64,000 nucleotides of DNA from Candidatus Eiseniibacteriota bacterium (lineage in GTDB: Bacteria > ARS69): the NCBI GenBank assembly GCA_052390515.1, contig JBQTGV010000058.1:1-64000 (forward strand). The letters run 5' to 3'. The notes beneath the pieces are model-generated. The model was not told the DNA's origin. It was given only the letters and a program-made list of their open reading frames with translations, and searched no databases. Both the position numbers and the translations under genes were made by a program. How positions within the stretch are numbered: position 1 is the first letter of the stretch; every line of letters begins with the position of its first letter. Shown here piece after piece: positions 40,151 to 50,468 of the stretch.

Positions 40151-41527
40151 CTACCCGGGCACGTTCAGAAACGCCCTCATGGCCAGCACGACGAGGAACT
40201 GCGCAGCCGCCACGGGGACGAGGCGTGCCGGAACGGGACCGGCCGCCGCCTCCGGCGACGCCGCCGCGCCCACCGCCAGCGGCATCAGGAACATCCAGAT
40301 CCGGCCGGTCTCGCCCAGAATCGTCCCGGAGACGTCCAGCACGAAGAGGGCGATGACGAGCGCCGCCGCGAACGGGATCTCGGCGCCGGCATCCCGCCAC
40401 TCGCCGCGCACACGAGCCATCCACACGACGACGAGCGCCGGCCCGAGGAAGAGCGCGAAGTCGGCGAGGTTCCAGACCACCCACGTCGAGTACACGCGGC
40501 CGTGCACCTCCGCCTGCACGTGACGCGCCGCCTCCGCGCACTCGCGAAAGACCGCCGGCCAGTTCATTCCGAGCAGAGCTGTCGTTCCGACCACGACGCC
40601 GGCGCCGGCCAGCGCCGCCACCGAGAGACGCAGCGTCTGCATCACGGTCGGGAACGGCGTCCGCTTGCGCCGCGCGAGCACCAGCATCCCGGCGAACGCC
40701 AGCCCCCATGCACCGAGCGCCGCCAGCGTCGTGAACGACACGAAAGCCCCGAGCCCGGCGAACAACCCAGCCGCCGACGCCAGCCACGGCGCGCGCTTCT
40801 GGCCGGCATACCGCATGCCCTCGACGAGACACGCCGCCGACGCCAGCGAGAGGAACAGGATGAGATGATCTGTCTCCGGCGTGAACAGGAGGAAGCTCGG
40901 CAGGCTCCCCATGAGCATGACCGTGCCGCCGACGGCCGCCGGCGCGTTCCGCCCTCCGACGATCACCGCGAGCGGCACGATCGACAGCGCACCCAACGCC
41001 ATCAGGCCGAAGCCCGCGATCCACGGCCCGCGCTCGTCGCCGAACAGCCACCGCATCTTCCAGAAGTAGAAGACGCGCCCCGGCGGCTGCGACGGCCCGT
41101 GCACCGGGAACGTGTCCTGGATACGGTGATATCGCCGAAGGAAGTCCGCCGGATCCCCCATGCGCCGCGCGATCGTGTCGTAGCTCGTGAAGGACTGCGA
41201 GGTCACGCGCGCCACGACGTTCGTCAGGCCGTCCGGCTCCGCTGCGGTCAGCACCACCATGTGCCCGAAGATCAGCGCGACGCACGCGGCCATCCAAGCC
41301 GCCCGCTTCGCCGCCCGGTCCCTCAGCTGGCTCCGCGCCGTGCCGAGCGCGGTCAGCACCGTCGCGGCGAATATGACGGCGCTCGCGAGGAGCCACGGCG
41401 AGAAGACGACACGCCGCTCCCACCGCCAGTTCTCCGGTCCCCGGAGCCCCGGCCAAAGGTCGGAGGCCAGCAGCGCCGTCGTCACGACACCGGCCGCCAC
41501 CGCGATCCATCGCGTCTTCGAGCTCAC
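40151..41527 (-). CDS. Polytopic membrane protein, GT-C glycosyltransferase-like
   Basis: Multiple TM helices; loop 'HGPSQPPG'; 'GETGRIWMFLMP'; in an operon with other GT-C genes. Confidence 0.6.
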   Translation of the reverse strand: MSSKTRWIAVAAGVVTTALLASDLWPGLRGPENWRWERRVVFSPWLLASAVIFAATVLTALGTARSQLRDRAAKRAAWMAACVALIFGHMVVLTAAEPDGLTNVVARVTSQSFTSYDTIARRMGDPADFLRRYHRIQDTFPVHGPSQPPGRVFYFWKMRWLFGDERGPWIAGFGLMALGALSIVPLAVIVGGRNAPAAVGGTVMLMGSLPSFLLFTPETDHLILFLSLASAACLVEGMRYAGQKRAPWLASAAGLFAGLGAFVSFTTLAALGAWGLAFAGMLVLARRKRTPFPTVMQTLRLSVAALAGAGVVVGTTALLGMNWPAVFRECAEAARHVQAEVHGRVYSTWVVWNLADFALFLGPALVVVWMARVRGEWRDAGAEIPFAAALVIALFVLDVSGTILGETGRIWMFLMPLAVGAAASPEAAAGPVPARLVPVAAAQFLVVLAMRAFLNVPG

Positions 41528-41531
41528 TCGC

Positions 41532-43184
41532 TCATTCCTTCACCCGCCTCCAGATCTCGATCCGCGGATGATCGAAGAAGCGGATCAGCGCCTCCGCGCC
41601 GTCGTCCTTCAGCACGAGCGGTCCGATCCGCGGATACGATTCGAACACGGTCACGCGCTCGAACGGAAGCCGCCCTGCGTCCAGATCGGCATAGAAGGCG
41701 CTCTCCACCGGTCGCAGCTCGGGTGCCGTCGTGAACTCCCGTCGGTGCCCCTCCGAGAGCACGAGAACGTCGGCTCTCCTCAGCACGCGCTCCAGGTGCT
41801 CTACTCGGTCCTCGGCGCCTCGCCGCTCGTGCAGATCGTAGAAGTCCCGCCAGAGGATCTCGTAGCGCAGCGGCGTCCGCATCACTTCCGGCGAGGGCGA
41901 CCCCAGCGGCGGACCGTATCCCGGCGGATCCTCCACCGCCACGGTCTCGGTTTCTCCGACGTTCGCGTCGAGCCACTTCGCCGCGGCCACGCGAGGATCG
42001 TCGCCGCCGTAGATAGCCGAGAACGCGAGACCGTGGAGCAGCGTCAGGGCGGAGACGACGGCCGCCGGCACGCGCCACCTCGCCACGGGGAGCGCCGCGC
42101 ACACGGCGAGCGCCGGCAGCGCCGGCAGCAGGAAGCGCACCGTCTTCACCCGCGCCGCCAGCAGCAACAGGAGCACCGGCACGAGCACGAGCAGGAGGCG
42201 CGTGTCCCGCGGCGAACGCCGCCGCGCGAGGATGACGAGCCCGCCGACGGCGAGCATCTCCGGCACGATGCCGACCGCGTACGGCAGGAGCTTGGTGAGC
42301 TCGGTGACGAGCGGCCTGTCGTGCGCGTAGGGCAGCGTCCAGTCGTGGAAGTCCGCGGAGTACGCTCGGCGAAGGTTGCCGCCGAGTGTCGTATGCTCGC
42401 CGCCGTCGGCCCTGCTCGCGGCGTCGCCGAGCACGAGCGCCGGATTGAGCGCCACGGCGACCACCGCCGCCGTCCCGAGCAGGAGCCCCGCCCGCCCGAG
42501 GAAGCGCCGCCGCCAGCCGCCTTCGCCCCGCCCCTCGCCGTCGCCCGAGCCCGCCAGAGCGTGCAGCATCGGCAGCACGAGCACCGCCCCCGGCGCCTTC
42601 ACCGACACCGCCAGCCCGAGCACCGCACCCGCCGCCGCCGCGCGCCGCGCCATCGCGCGCCCGGCCTCTCGCCACTCGGCCAGCCGCTCCGCCGCCAGCA
42701 TCCCCGCGGCCAGCAGCGCCACGAGCGGCGCCTCCACCGTCCCGAAGTGCGAAGCCTGCACGAGCGCGGGGAACCCGGCCGTGAGCGCCGCCGCGGTCAG
42801 CGCCGTCGTCCACCCCCACCGCGACGCCCAACACCCGACGAGCACGATGGCCGCCGTGCCCCACGTTGCCGAGATCCACCGCGAGAGCAGCACCGTCGCG
42901 GCGAACTCGTCACCGTGAATCGGCGGACCCGGCGCCGCCGCCACCCCGAGGAAGAGCTTCCGCGCGGCGACGAGCAGCCACAGCGGCAGGATCCCGTACG
43001 ACGTGATCCCGGGATCGGGCACGCCCTGCCCGAGACTCCTCTCCAGCTCGATGGCCTTCGCCACGACGAAGAGCCGCTCGTCGATGTGCAGCGCCCAGGG
43101 GAGTCCCCAATCAAGGCCGCGGAAGCGGAGCGCCGCGCCGGCGAGCACGATGACGACGAACGTGACCCGGACGCCGGCGCTCAC
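41532..43184 (-). CDS. GT-C glycosyltransferase (family 39/PMT_2-like)
   Basis: 'GAALRFRGLDWGLP...HIDE', 'QASHFGTVE', 'GLAVSVK', 'RFLLPALP'; GTG start inferred. Confidence 0.75.
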   Translation of the reverse strand: MSAGVRVTFVVIVLAGAALRFRGLDWGLPWALHIDERLFVVAKAIELERSLGQGVPDPGITSYGILPLWLLVAARKLFLGVAAAPGPPIHGDEFAATVLLSRWISATWGTAAIVLVGCWASRWGWTTALTAAALTAGFPALVQASHFGTVEAPLVALLAAGMLAAERLAEWREAGRAMARRAAAAGAVLGLAVSVKAPGAVLVLPMLHALAGSGDGEGRGEGGWRRRFLGRAGLLLGTAAVVAVALNPALVLGDAASRADGGEHTTLGGNLRRAYSADFHDWTLPYAHDRPLVTELTKLLPYAVGIVPEMLAVGGLVILARRRSPRDTRLLLVLVPVLLLLLAARVKTVRFLLPALPALAVCAALPVARWRVPAAVVSALTLLHGLAFSAIYGGDDPRVAAAKWLDANVGETETVAVEDPPGYGPPLGSPSPEVMRTPLRYEILWRDFYDLHERRGAEDRVEHLERVLRRADVLVLSEGHRREFTTAPELRPVESAFYADLDAGRLPFERVTVFESYPRIGPLVLKDDGAEALIRFFDHPRIEIWRRVKE

Positions 43185-43185
43185 C

Positions 43186-44253
43186 TCACGACCCCGGCAG
43201 CGCGCGCTCGAGCAGACGGATCCAGTTGCGTCCGAGCACGTCGTGGATCTGCTCGTCGTCGAAGCGCGCGGACATCTCGTCGGCCAGGCGCGGGAGGTCG
43301 GCGATCGTCTCGAGCCCCTTCGGCACCGACTCCGCGCCGAAGCCGCCGTCGAGATCGCTCCCGACACCCGCGGTCGTGTGCGTGCCGGTGACCTGCGTCA
43401 CGTGCCAGATGCAGTCGGCCACCCGCGAAAGCGCCAGCGGTCCGCCGCTCTCCTGCGTCCACCCGGCCGTGAGCATCTTGTTGAACGGCACGGCGCCGAT
43501 CACTCCGCCGCGCTCGCCGATGCGGCGGATGATGTCGTCGGGGATCTGCCGGTCGCTCGCGCAGATGGCGCGGGGATTGGAGTGCGAAGCGATCACGACG
43601 CCATCGAAAAGATCGAGCGCGTCGTTCGCCGCCTGATCCGCGGCATGCGAGAGATCCAGCACGAGCTTCGCCGCATCCAGCTTCTTCACGAGCTTCCGCC
43701 CTGCCGCGGTGAGCGGTCCCGGTTCGCCGGTGCCGCCCGCGTAGCGCGTGCCCTTCCACGCCAGTCCGACGAGGCGGACGCCGCGCTCGAACCAGCGGGG
43801 CGCATCATCGGGCGAGACGATCGGATCCGCGCCCTCCATCAATGGGACGATACCCACGCGGCCCGTCGCGCCGTCCTTCCACTCGTCGAGCACCGCCTTC
43901 AGATCCGCGCGACTCTTCACCAGACGGTACCCTTCGCCGTCCTTCGACACCTCACCGTAGATCTCGAGCTGCCTGAGCGCCAGCTTCTCGGCTTCCTGCG
44001 GCGTGTCGTACGCCAACGCAGGGTCGAACCCGGACTCCGCCCAGTCCTTCGTGCGCGGCACGAAGAGCGTCCCGAACACGAGCGCGACGCGGCCGGCGCG
44101 CAGCTCCGGGAGCCCCACCATGCAGCGCCCGCGCCACTTCGACGGCGGCAGCCCCTTCTCACTTCGTCGCACCTCGAGTGCCGACGTTCGCGGATCCCGC
44201 CCGAAGCACATGCGGTTGAACGCGAGATCGAGATGTCCGTCGACGAGGATCAC
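43186..44253 (-). CDS. Membrane dipeptidase (peptidase M19)
   Basis: DGHLDLA, LMEGAD, LDLSH, ASHSN, GSDLDG; GTGA overlap with the upstream gene. Confidence 0.88.
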   Translation of the reverse strand: MILVDGHLDLAFNRMCFGRDPRTSALEVRRSEKGLPPSKWRGRCMVGLPELRAGRVALVFGTLFVPRTKDWAESGFDPALAYDTPQEAEKLALRQLEIYGEVSKDGEGYRLVKSRADLKAVLDEWKDGATGRVGIVPLMEGADPIVSPDDAPRWFERGVRLVGLAWKGTRYAGGTGEPGPLTAAGRKLVKKLDAAKLVLDLSHAADQAANDALDLFDGVVIASHSNPRAICASDRQIPDDIIRRIGERGGVIGAVPFNKMLTAGWTQESGGPLALSRVADCIWHVTQVTGTHTTAGVGSDLDGGFGAESVPKGLETIADLPRLADEMSARFDDEQIHDVLGRNWIRLLERALPGS

Positions 44254-45905
44254 GGCGCTCTCCGCAGCACGAGGACGAACTCTTTCGGTCCGGAGGATCC
44301 GCCCTTCGGCCCGAGCGGCGCGAGCAGATTCGCGAGGAGAGCCGGCTCGGCGGAGTCGGGCGGACGGGGGTCCGCGGCCTCGGCCGCCGAAGCCGACGGC
44401 GCGAACTGCTCGATGGAGTACCTCGCCCCGAGCGCCCACATCTTGTCGCGCGCCAGCTCCAGCGCTTCACGCGTGCGCATCAGCTCGCCGCCCTCGGTCA
44501 CGAGGTGCGGCAGGATCCACTCCGGCTCCCGGTCCAGGAAGAACTCCGGGCCGACGATCTTGTCGTGACCCGGCGCGGTCGGCTTGCCGCCCGGCCGGAG
44601 CGCCACCTCGCGATCCACGAGCCCGGCCATGTCGTGAATGGTCAGCTCGGACCAGTACCCCACGTTCCCGATCCCCGGCGTGACCACCGCGTCGTCCGGA
44701 TCGGCCCGTTCCCGCAGCGCGAACGCCAGCCGCTTCCAGCGCGCGCCGTTCACGCGCATCACGTTCCAGTACTGGATCTCGCTCCAGTACTTGTTCCAGT
44801 GCCGGCGGAAGTTGAACTGCGCGCGGACGGACTCCGGGACGACGTGCACGTCGGCGGCCGGCAGCAGCGCGAGCAGGATGGCGGCCGCAGCCGCTGCCGT
44901 AGCCTTCCCCGGGCTCCGGCGAAGGAGGGAGCCGAGCCACCAGCCGGAGAGCAGCGTGCCGAACGCGATCCCCGGAACGAGGAAGCGACCCATGGACATG
45001 AAATCCCCGCCTACGGCGACGGCGTAGCCGTACGCGGCGAGCACCATCACCAGCACCGGCAGCCCGACGGCGCGCCGCTCCGGGCGAAGCGCATGCAGCG
45101 CCGCCGGCACCACGAGCAGCGGGGTCAGGAACGTCAGCACGTACGTGGCCGCGTACTCGAAGCCGCGGTACAGGATGCCGCCGCTCATTCCCACCTTCGC
45201 CGCCGCCGTGTTGGAGATCCAGCTCCCGTGGTAGGCGTGTCGCCAGAGGACGAAGGCCGCCGTGCCGGCCAGCACGATGCCGAGGTAGCGGACCAGCGCG
45301 CCGGCCGCCGCCCCCCGCGACACTCGCCCTGACATCCGCCACGACACCGCGGCGCACAGTCCGACGAGCACCGCCCACGCCACGCCCTCCACCCGCACGA
45401 GCGCCGCCGCGAGTCCCGCCACGCCCGCGGCCACCGGCGCCGGACCCGCGCCGCGCAGCACGAGCCGCTCGAACGCCACGAACACCGTGAGCGCGAGCGC
45501 CATCGTCTCCATGCCGCTCGTCGACCAGACGAAGAAAGGCGCGAACGTCGCCAGGGAGAGCGCGGCGAGCGACGACGCGCGCAGATCCACGCCGCTCTCC
45601 CGCAGCGCCTCGAACACGAGCCGCAGCAGCACCGACCCCGCGGCGAAGGACACGAGCGCCGCCCACAGCGCGACGTCGCCGCCGAGCCGCTCCACTACGG
45701 CGCACAGCGCGACCCACAGGAAGTTGCTGTAGCCCTCGACCGGCACCGCTTCGCCCAGGTTGTAGCGGAGACCGTGGCCCTCGGCCCAGTGTCGCGCGTA
45801 GCGGAAGGAGATGTAGGCGTCGTCGGTGACGAACCAGAACGCCTTCACGAACAGGGCGTACACGAGCCAGACCAGGGCGAACGCCAGTCGATCCCGCGAC
45901 GTCAT
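44250..45905 (-). CDS. GT-C membrane glycosyltransferase-like protein
   Basis: '[12 protein letters not shown]...G.RYN...VEGYSNFLW', 'SGMET', 'GGDFM..GRFLVP', 'DMAGLVD', 'PGHDK'. Confidence 0.75.
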   Translation of the reverse strand: MTSRDRLAFALVWLVYALFVKAFWFVTDDAYISFRYARHWAEGHGLRYNLGEAVPVEGYSNFLWVALCAVVERLGGDVALWAALVSFAAGSVLLRLVFEALRESGVDLRASSLAALSLATFAPFFVWSTSGMETMALALTVFVAFERLVLRGAGPAPVAAGVAGLAAALVRVEGVAWAVLVGLCAAVSWRMSGRVSRGAAAGALVRYLGIVLAGTAAFVLWRHAYHGSWISNTAAAKVGMSGGILYRGFEYAATYVLTFLTPLLVVPAALHALRPERRAVGLPVLVMVLAAYGYAVAVGGDFMSMGRFLVPGIAFGTLLSGWWLGSLLRRSPGKATAAAAAAILLALLPAADVHVVPESVRAQFNFRRHWNKYWSEIQYWNVMRVNGARWKRLAFALRERADPDDAVVTPGIGNVGYWSELTIHDMAGLVDREVALRPGGKPTAPGHDKIVGPEFFLDREPEWILPHLVTEGGELMRTREALELARDKMWALGARYSIEQFAPSASAAEAADPRPPDSAEPALLANLLAPLGPKGGSSGPKEFVLVLRRAP

Positions 45906-45951
45906 CGCCGCGGTCGCCGTCTGCGCCGCACCGTGCACGCCGCCCGCCGGA

Positions 45952-47337
45952 TCAGCCACCGCGCACCCAGTCGAGCGGCGTGGCCGGATCGAGCCGCACC
46001 ACCTCGAGAAGCGTGGCCACGAAATCGCCCTTCGCCCCGGCGCGGTACGGGCTGAGGTACTCCCACACGATCGCCCCGTCCGGCGCCACCTCGAACGCGC
46101 GCCCGCGCTCCGACTCGGTGATGAGCGTGGTGCCGTTCGGCAGGCGCTCGCTCGCGCCGCAGAGCTCGGTGTAGAACGCGCTCGGCGGCGTGCCACGGTA
46201 CGTCCACGCGACCTGCTGCGTCACTGGATCGAGCTCGATGACCTGGGACTTCCCGCCGTAGCCCTGGTTGTCGAATACGAGCAGGTGTCCGTTCGCGAGG
46301 AGCCTCGGCTCGTGCTGGCGCTTCCACGGCCCAGCCATCGCCCACACGATCGTCCCGCTCTCCGGATCGAGCACCGCCACGACGTTCAGCGTGTGGATCG
46401 AGATCAGCAGGTTGCCTCGGCGGAAGGCAGGCACGCGCGTGGCGTGCGCGCCGTCCAGGATCTCGAGCGCGTTCGTGTGGAAGATGTCGCCGGCCTCGGG
46501 CATGATCTCGAGGAACGGCGCGTAGACCGACCGCTCGAACGCTTCGAGCACGGAGATCTTGCGCTGCTCCGTCCCGTCCGGCGCGAGCACCGCCACGAAA
46601 TCCTCCAGCACCGGCTTCTCTGCGTGGATGCGCTCGAGGAAGCGGATCTCGCGGGTGAGCACCCAGATGTTGCCGCTCCCGTCCAGGTCGAGTGCGTGGT
46701 GCGCGCCGCCGGCGTAGGCCCACACCAGGTTCGACGCGGAGTCGAGCTTCACGAGGCCGTGGCCCTCGAAGATGGCGAGCAGAGCGCCGCCGTCGAGCAG
46801 CCGCGCGCGGCGCCAGAACGTCGCCGCCTCGCGGTCCCTGGGGACGTCCGTTCCCGGGAAGGCCGTCCAGTAGTCCATGGACCAGCGGTGCAGCTCGCGG
46901 CCGGCCATGTCCAGGAGCACGGCCTCCGGCGCGTGGCCGGAGACGACGAGGTTCGGCCCGGCAAAGGCGCGGCTCTCGTCGTGCACAACGACCCCGCCGG
47001 CATCAGTGTCAGGCGCCTGCGTGCCGCTCGCGTAGCCGAGGGAGGCAAGCTGCTCGACCGCCTCGAGCTGTTCGCCGGTGAGCGCTTCGCCGGTGAGCGC
47101 TTCGCCGGTGCCCGCCACGCCGTCTTCGCCGCCCGCCCTCCGCCAGCGGCCGCCGGGCTTCGTCTCGTCCCGGCCGAGGAGCCCGTCGGCGGCCCGCTTC
47201 GCGCGGAGCAGCTGCTCGTAGCCGAGCCTCGCGGCGCCGGAGGGAGGAAGGCCGCGCTCGCTCGAGGCGAATCCCCAGAAGAAGGCGGCGAAGAGCGCGA
47301 GGGCGGCGATAGCGCCGCGCGCAGGGGAGATTCGCAT
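45952..47337 (-). CDS. Arylsulfotransferase (ASST)-family beta-propeller protein
   Basis: [44 protein letters not shown]-terminal TM; start 47337 inferred from an extended -10 element. Confidence 0.8.
   Translation of the reverse strand: MRISPARGAIAALALFAAFFWGFASSERGLPPSGAARLGYEQLLRAKRAADGLLGRDETKPGGRWRRAGGEDGVAGTGEALTGEALTGEQLEAVEQLASLGYASGTQAPDTDAGGVVVHDESRAFAGPNLVVSGHAPEAVLLDMAGRELHRWSMDYWTAFPGTDVPRDREAATFWRRARLLDGGALLAIFEGHGLVKLDSASNLVWAYAGGAHHALDLDGSGNIWVLTREIRFLERIHAEKPVLEDFVAVLAPDGTEQRKISVLEAFERSVYAPFLEIMPEAGDIFHTNALEILDGAHATRVPAFRRGNLLISIHTLNVVAVLDPESGTIVWAMAGPWKRQHEPRLLANGHLLVFDNQGYGGKSQVIELDPVTQQVAWTYRGTPPSAFYTELCGASERLPNGTTLITESERGRAFEVAPDGAIVWEYLSPYRAGAKGDFVATLLEVVRLDPATPLDWVRGG
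47071..47110. repeat. 15-bp tandem repeat (2.7 copies) encoding GEALT
   Basis: TTCGCCGGTGAGCGC x2 plus TTCGCCGGTG. Confidence 0.85.
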
Positions 47338-47354
47338 CGGCGGCATTCTATCAC

Positions 47355-47397
47355 CGGGAAAACGAGTGCGCCCGCGCACCGGAGCACGCGGGCGCAC
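47355..47397 (-). terminator. Probable intrinsic terminator after the small Cys-rich peptide gene
   Basis: Perfect 11-bp inverted repeat GTGCGCCCGCG / CGCGGGCGCAC (47366-47397) followed on the minus strand by TCGTTTT. Confidence 0.7.
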
Positions 47398-47418
47398 CGT
47401 CAGTTCACCGGGACCGCG

Positions 47419-47598
47419 CTACCCGATCGGGCAACCCGGACACGGCACGCAGTCCTTCGGATCGCAGGGGCCGCACTCCGACGGATCGCACGGAGTGCAG
47501 GCCGTCGCGCGGTCGACCTGCGCGGAGTCCCCCGCGAGCGAGAGACCGGCTCCTCCCACGGCGGCAAGCGTCGCGAGGGAGACGATGAGCTTCTTCAT
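47419..47598 (-). CDS. 59-aa secreted Cys-rich peptide (absent from the ORF track)
   Basis: RBS AAGGAGG; MKKLIVSLATLAAVGGAGLSLA-GDSAQVDRATACTPCDPSECGPCDPKDCVPCPGCPIG*; 7 Cys. Confidence 0.8.
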   Translation of the reverse strand: MKKLIVSLATLAAVGGAGLSLAGDSAQVDRATACTPCDPSECGPCDPKDCVPCPGCPIG

Positions 47599-47646
47599 GT
47601 GAGTCCTCCTTGAGGCTCGAAGTGGAAAGGTGAACGATGAATCCGA

Positions 47647-48057
47647 TCACGAGAACTTCGAGAGGACCTCGGGAGGCGGCGCCGTCGGCTCGAACGCGAG
47701 CGAGGCGGGAAGGGCGGGCGGTGCTTCGGCGAAGACCGGCTCGGGCGCGGGAGGAACCAGGCGCGCGGGACAGGCGATCACGCTGATCCCGCACTGACAG
47801 GCGATGCACAGGTTGCAGGCGGGGGGGCCGGCCGCCGCGGCGTCGGGTCCGGCCGCGTCGGTGCAGGGGGTGGCATCGGCGCAAGGCGCGGTGCAGCAGC
47901 CATCGAGCGGCCCGCCGGCGTTGCAGGCCACGCTGCCGGCCTCGTCCGGCATCCAGCAGATCGTGCCGTCGAGTCCGACGAGACGCGGAACGGGACTCGC
48001 GGCGGTGAGAGTCGCCGCGAGAAACCAGACGATCCAGGGGGTCGGGATCCGGTCCAT
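47647..48057 (-). CDS. Cys-rich protein with N-terminal hydrophobic segment and C-terminal Pro-rich PTAPPP (DUF2946/CutF-like leader)
   Basis: MDRIPTPWIVWFLAATLTAA; CC, CNLCIACQC; C-terminal EPTAPPPEVLSKFS; GAGG upstream. Confidence 0.6.
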   Translation of the reverse strand: MDRIPTPWIVWFLAATLTAASPVPRLVGLDGTICWMPDEAGSVACNAGGPLDGCCTAPCADATPCTDAAGPDAAAAGPPACNLCIACQCGISVIACPARLVPPAPEPVFAEAPPALPASLAFEPTAPPPEVLSKFS

Positions 48058-48197
48058 TCCGCCTCTCGTCGATGGGGCCTGTACCCCGCTCCGCCGGGCG
48101 GGTTCCCGATTCGCGGGCATCTTCGGCACCGCGCGCGGGGACGACGATCCTCGGGCTTGTCCCGGGACCGCGGAGGGGACTGTGCTAGGGTGAAGGG

Positions 48198-49487
48198 ATG
48201 AGAGTCCCCCCCGCGGTGCTCCAGGCGGCTCGGCCGGCCTTCGCGGCGTTCCTGGCGACCTTTGCCCGGCTCGTGGCGTCGGCGCTGCCACCGGCCTTCA
48301 CCCCGGTCCTGGCTCTCGCCCTCGGCCCGGCCGCCCCCGCGGACGCTCAGCCCCGCCCGGAGATCGGGATCGTCTCCGGGCTCGTCTTCCCGGACGAGGA
48401 CGTCACCGGCGGCGGGAATGGCACGAGCGATTTCGAGCCGTCGCTCGGCATCTACGCGGGTCTCCCCCGCGGGGATCACTGGGCCCTCTTCGGCGAGGGC
48501 CTGTGGTCCCGCTTCGACTCCTCGCGTCCCGACGGCGACGTCTCCTACGTCGAGGCGCGCGGCGGTGCCCGCGTCTTTCCCTTCGGGATGGCGCCTCGGT
48601 ACGCGCTCTTCGCCGAGGTGGCGGCCGGCTGGATGCGTCTGGACCTCGCCAATCGGGTCTTCGCCGTGGACCGGCCCTTCGCCTCCGTCGGCGTCGGCCA
48701 GCGGTTCCACCTGGGCGATCGCTTCGCGTTGCACTGGGAGACGAGGCTCTCGCGGACCGCGGCCGACGACGGGGATCCCATCCAGGCCGGCATCGGCCAG
48801 CCCACGGTCCTGATCGGGCTTTCCGTCGGGCTGGGCGAAGGCCAGCGCGACCGGGACCGGGACGGCATCACCGACCGCCGCGACGTCTGTCCCGACACGC
48901 CGCGCGGTGCCCAGGTCGACGCGAACGGTTGCCCGCTCGACGGCGACCGCGACGGCGTCTTCGACGGGCTGGACCGCTGCCCCGACACGCCGCGCGGCGT
49001 GCCGATCGACAGCCTGGGCTGTTCCGACACCATCGACAGCGACGGCGACGGCGTCCCCGACGGCATCGACCGCTGCCCCGGCACGCCCGCCGACGTGAGC
49101 GTGGACGCGTGGGGATGCGAGCGGGCCGAGCTCCTCACCCTTCCGTTGCCGCGCGTTCTCGCGGGCGTGCGCTTCGAGCCGGGCAGCGTGCACCTTCTCG
49201 AGGGCTCGATCGAGGCCCTGGACCGCGCCGCGCAGGCGCTGCAGTCCTTCCCGGAGGATCACTTCGAGGTGGCCGGGCACACCGACTCGTCCGGGGACGC
49301 CGCCGAGAACCGCGCGCTCTCGCAGCGGCGCGCGGAAATGGTGCGCGCGCAGCTGATCGCGCGGGGAGTGAGCCCGGCCCGGCTGACCGCGCGGGGTTAC
49401 GGCGAGGAGCAGCCGCTCGCCGACAACGGCACCGAGGAGGGACGCGAGGCGAACCGGCGCGTCGAGCTCCGCCGGATCGACGAGTGA
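48198..49487 (+). CDS. OmpA-family outer membrane protein with thrombospondin type 3 (Ca-binding) repeats
   Basis: Beta-barrel-like N-half; DRDRDGITDRRDVCPDTP repeats; VAGHTDSSG...LSQRRAEMV...GYGE...NRRVE. Confidence 0.9.
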   Translation: MRVPPAVLQAARPAFAAFLATFARLVASALPPAFTPVLALALGPAAPADAQPRPEIGIVSGLVFPDEDVTGGGNGTSDFEPSLGIYAGLPRGDHWALFGEGLWSRFDSSRPDGDVSYVEARGGARVFPFGMAPRYALFAEVAAGWMRLDLANRVFAVDRPFASVGVGQRFHLGDRFALHWETRLSRTAADDGDPIQAGIGQPTVLIGLSVGLGEGQRDRDRDGITDRRDVCPDTPRGAQVDANGCPLDGDRDGVFDGLDRCPDTPRGVPIDSLGCSDTIDSDGDGVPDGIDRCPGTPADVSVDAWGCERAELLTLPLPRVLAGVRFEPGSVHLLEGSIEALDRAAQALQSFPEDHFEVAGHTDSSGDAAENRALSQRRAEMVRAQLIARGVSPARLTARGYGEEQPLADNGTEEGREANRRVELRRIDE

Positions 49488-50386
49488 AGGACTTCGTCAA
49501 GCAACGCTGGTTGCAGATGCGCGCGCCGCGGCCGCACGGGCCGACGGTGGCTGACGTGCAGCGCGCGCTCGCCGCGTTCGAGCGCGTCGCCGGACCTTCG
49601 CCCTTCGCCGACGACGGCGACGACCCCGTGTTCCTGCTGGCGGTGAGCTGGCGGACCGGCTCGACGCTCCTGCAGCGCGTGCTCATGACCGACCCTTCGC
49701 TCCTCGTGTGGGGCGAGCCGTGGGGGCGGATGGCGCTGCTGCCGCGGCTGACCGAGGCGGTCCGGGCGCTCGGCGAGGACTGGCCGCCGACGAGGTACCT
49801 GATCACGGAGATGACCGCCGACCCGACGCAGACGTTTCTCGCCGCCGACTTGTACCCGCCGGGGCAGGACTTCCGCGCGGGCCTCCGCGAGATGCTGGGG
49901 CGATGGCTGGCAGCTCCGGCGCGGGAGCGTGGTTACCGCCGGTGGGGCTTCAAGGAGGTGCGGCTCGGCGCCGCCGAAGCGTGCCTGCTGCACTGGCTGT
50001 ACCCCAAGGCGAGGTTCCTCGCGTTGCTGCGAAACCCGCTGCACGCCTACCGCTCCTGCAAGAACTGGAACCTCTGGTACCGCTGGCCGGAGTCTCCGGT
50101 GTCGTCGGCGGCGGCGTTCGGCCGCCACTGGAGCCGCCTGGCCATGAGCTGGAAGGACGCGCCGCCGGACTTCCCGGTCCGCGTCGTCAAGTACGAGGAC
50201 GTGGCGTCGGGCGCGCTCGACTTCCGGGCGCTGGAGGCGGAGCTCGGTCTGCGTCTCGACGAGGCGAAGGCCCTCGGCGCGCGCGTCGGGGCGAGGCCCA
50301 ATCCGGCGGTGCTGACGCGCACGGAGGCGGCGGTGCTCGCCGAGGAGGCCCGCGAAGGCATGGCGGCGTGGGACTACGGGGCTTGA
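49484..50386 (+). CDS. PAPS-dependent sulfotransferase
   Basis: 5'-PSB RTGSTLLQR, WGFKE, 3'-PB LLRNP...YRS, VKYED; GTGA overlap with ompA. Confidence 0.85.
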   Translation: MKDFVKQRWLQMRAPRPHGPTVADVQRALAAFERVAGPSPFADDGDDPVFLLAVSWRTGSTLLQRVLMTDPSLLVWGEPWGRMALLPRLTEAVRALGEDWPPTRYLITEMTADPTQTFLAADLYPPGQDFRAGLREMLGRWLAAPARERGYRRWGFKEVRLGAAEACLLHWLYPKARFLALLRNPLHAYRSCKNWNLWYRWPESPVSSAAAFGRHWSRLAMSWKDAPPDFPVRVVKYEDVASGALDFRALEAELGLRLDEAKALGARVGARPNPAVLTRTEAAVLAEEAREGMAAWDYGA

Positions 50387-50468
50387 GCCGTGCGGACCGC
50401 CTTCGGGCCGGGCCGGCTGCAGTCCGCCGGCAACGACTACCGGTCGCTCGACAGAACGAGGCGGCCCT

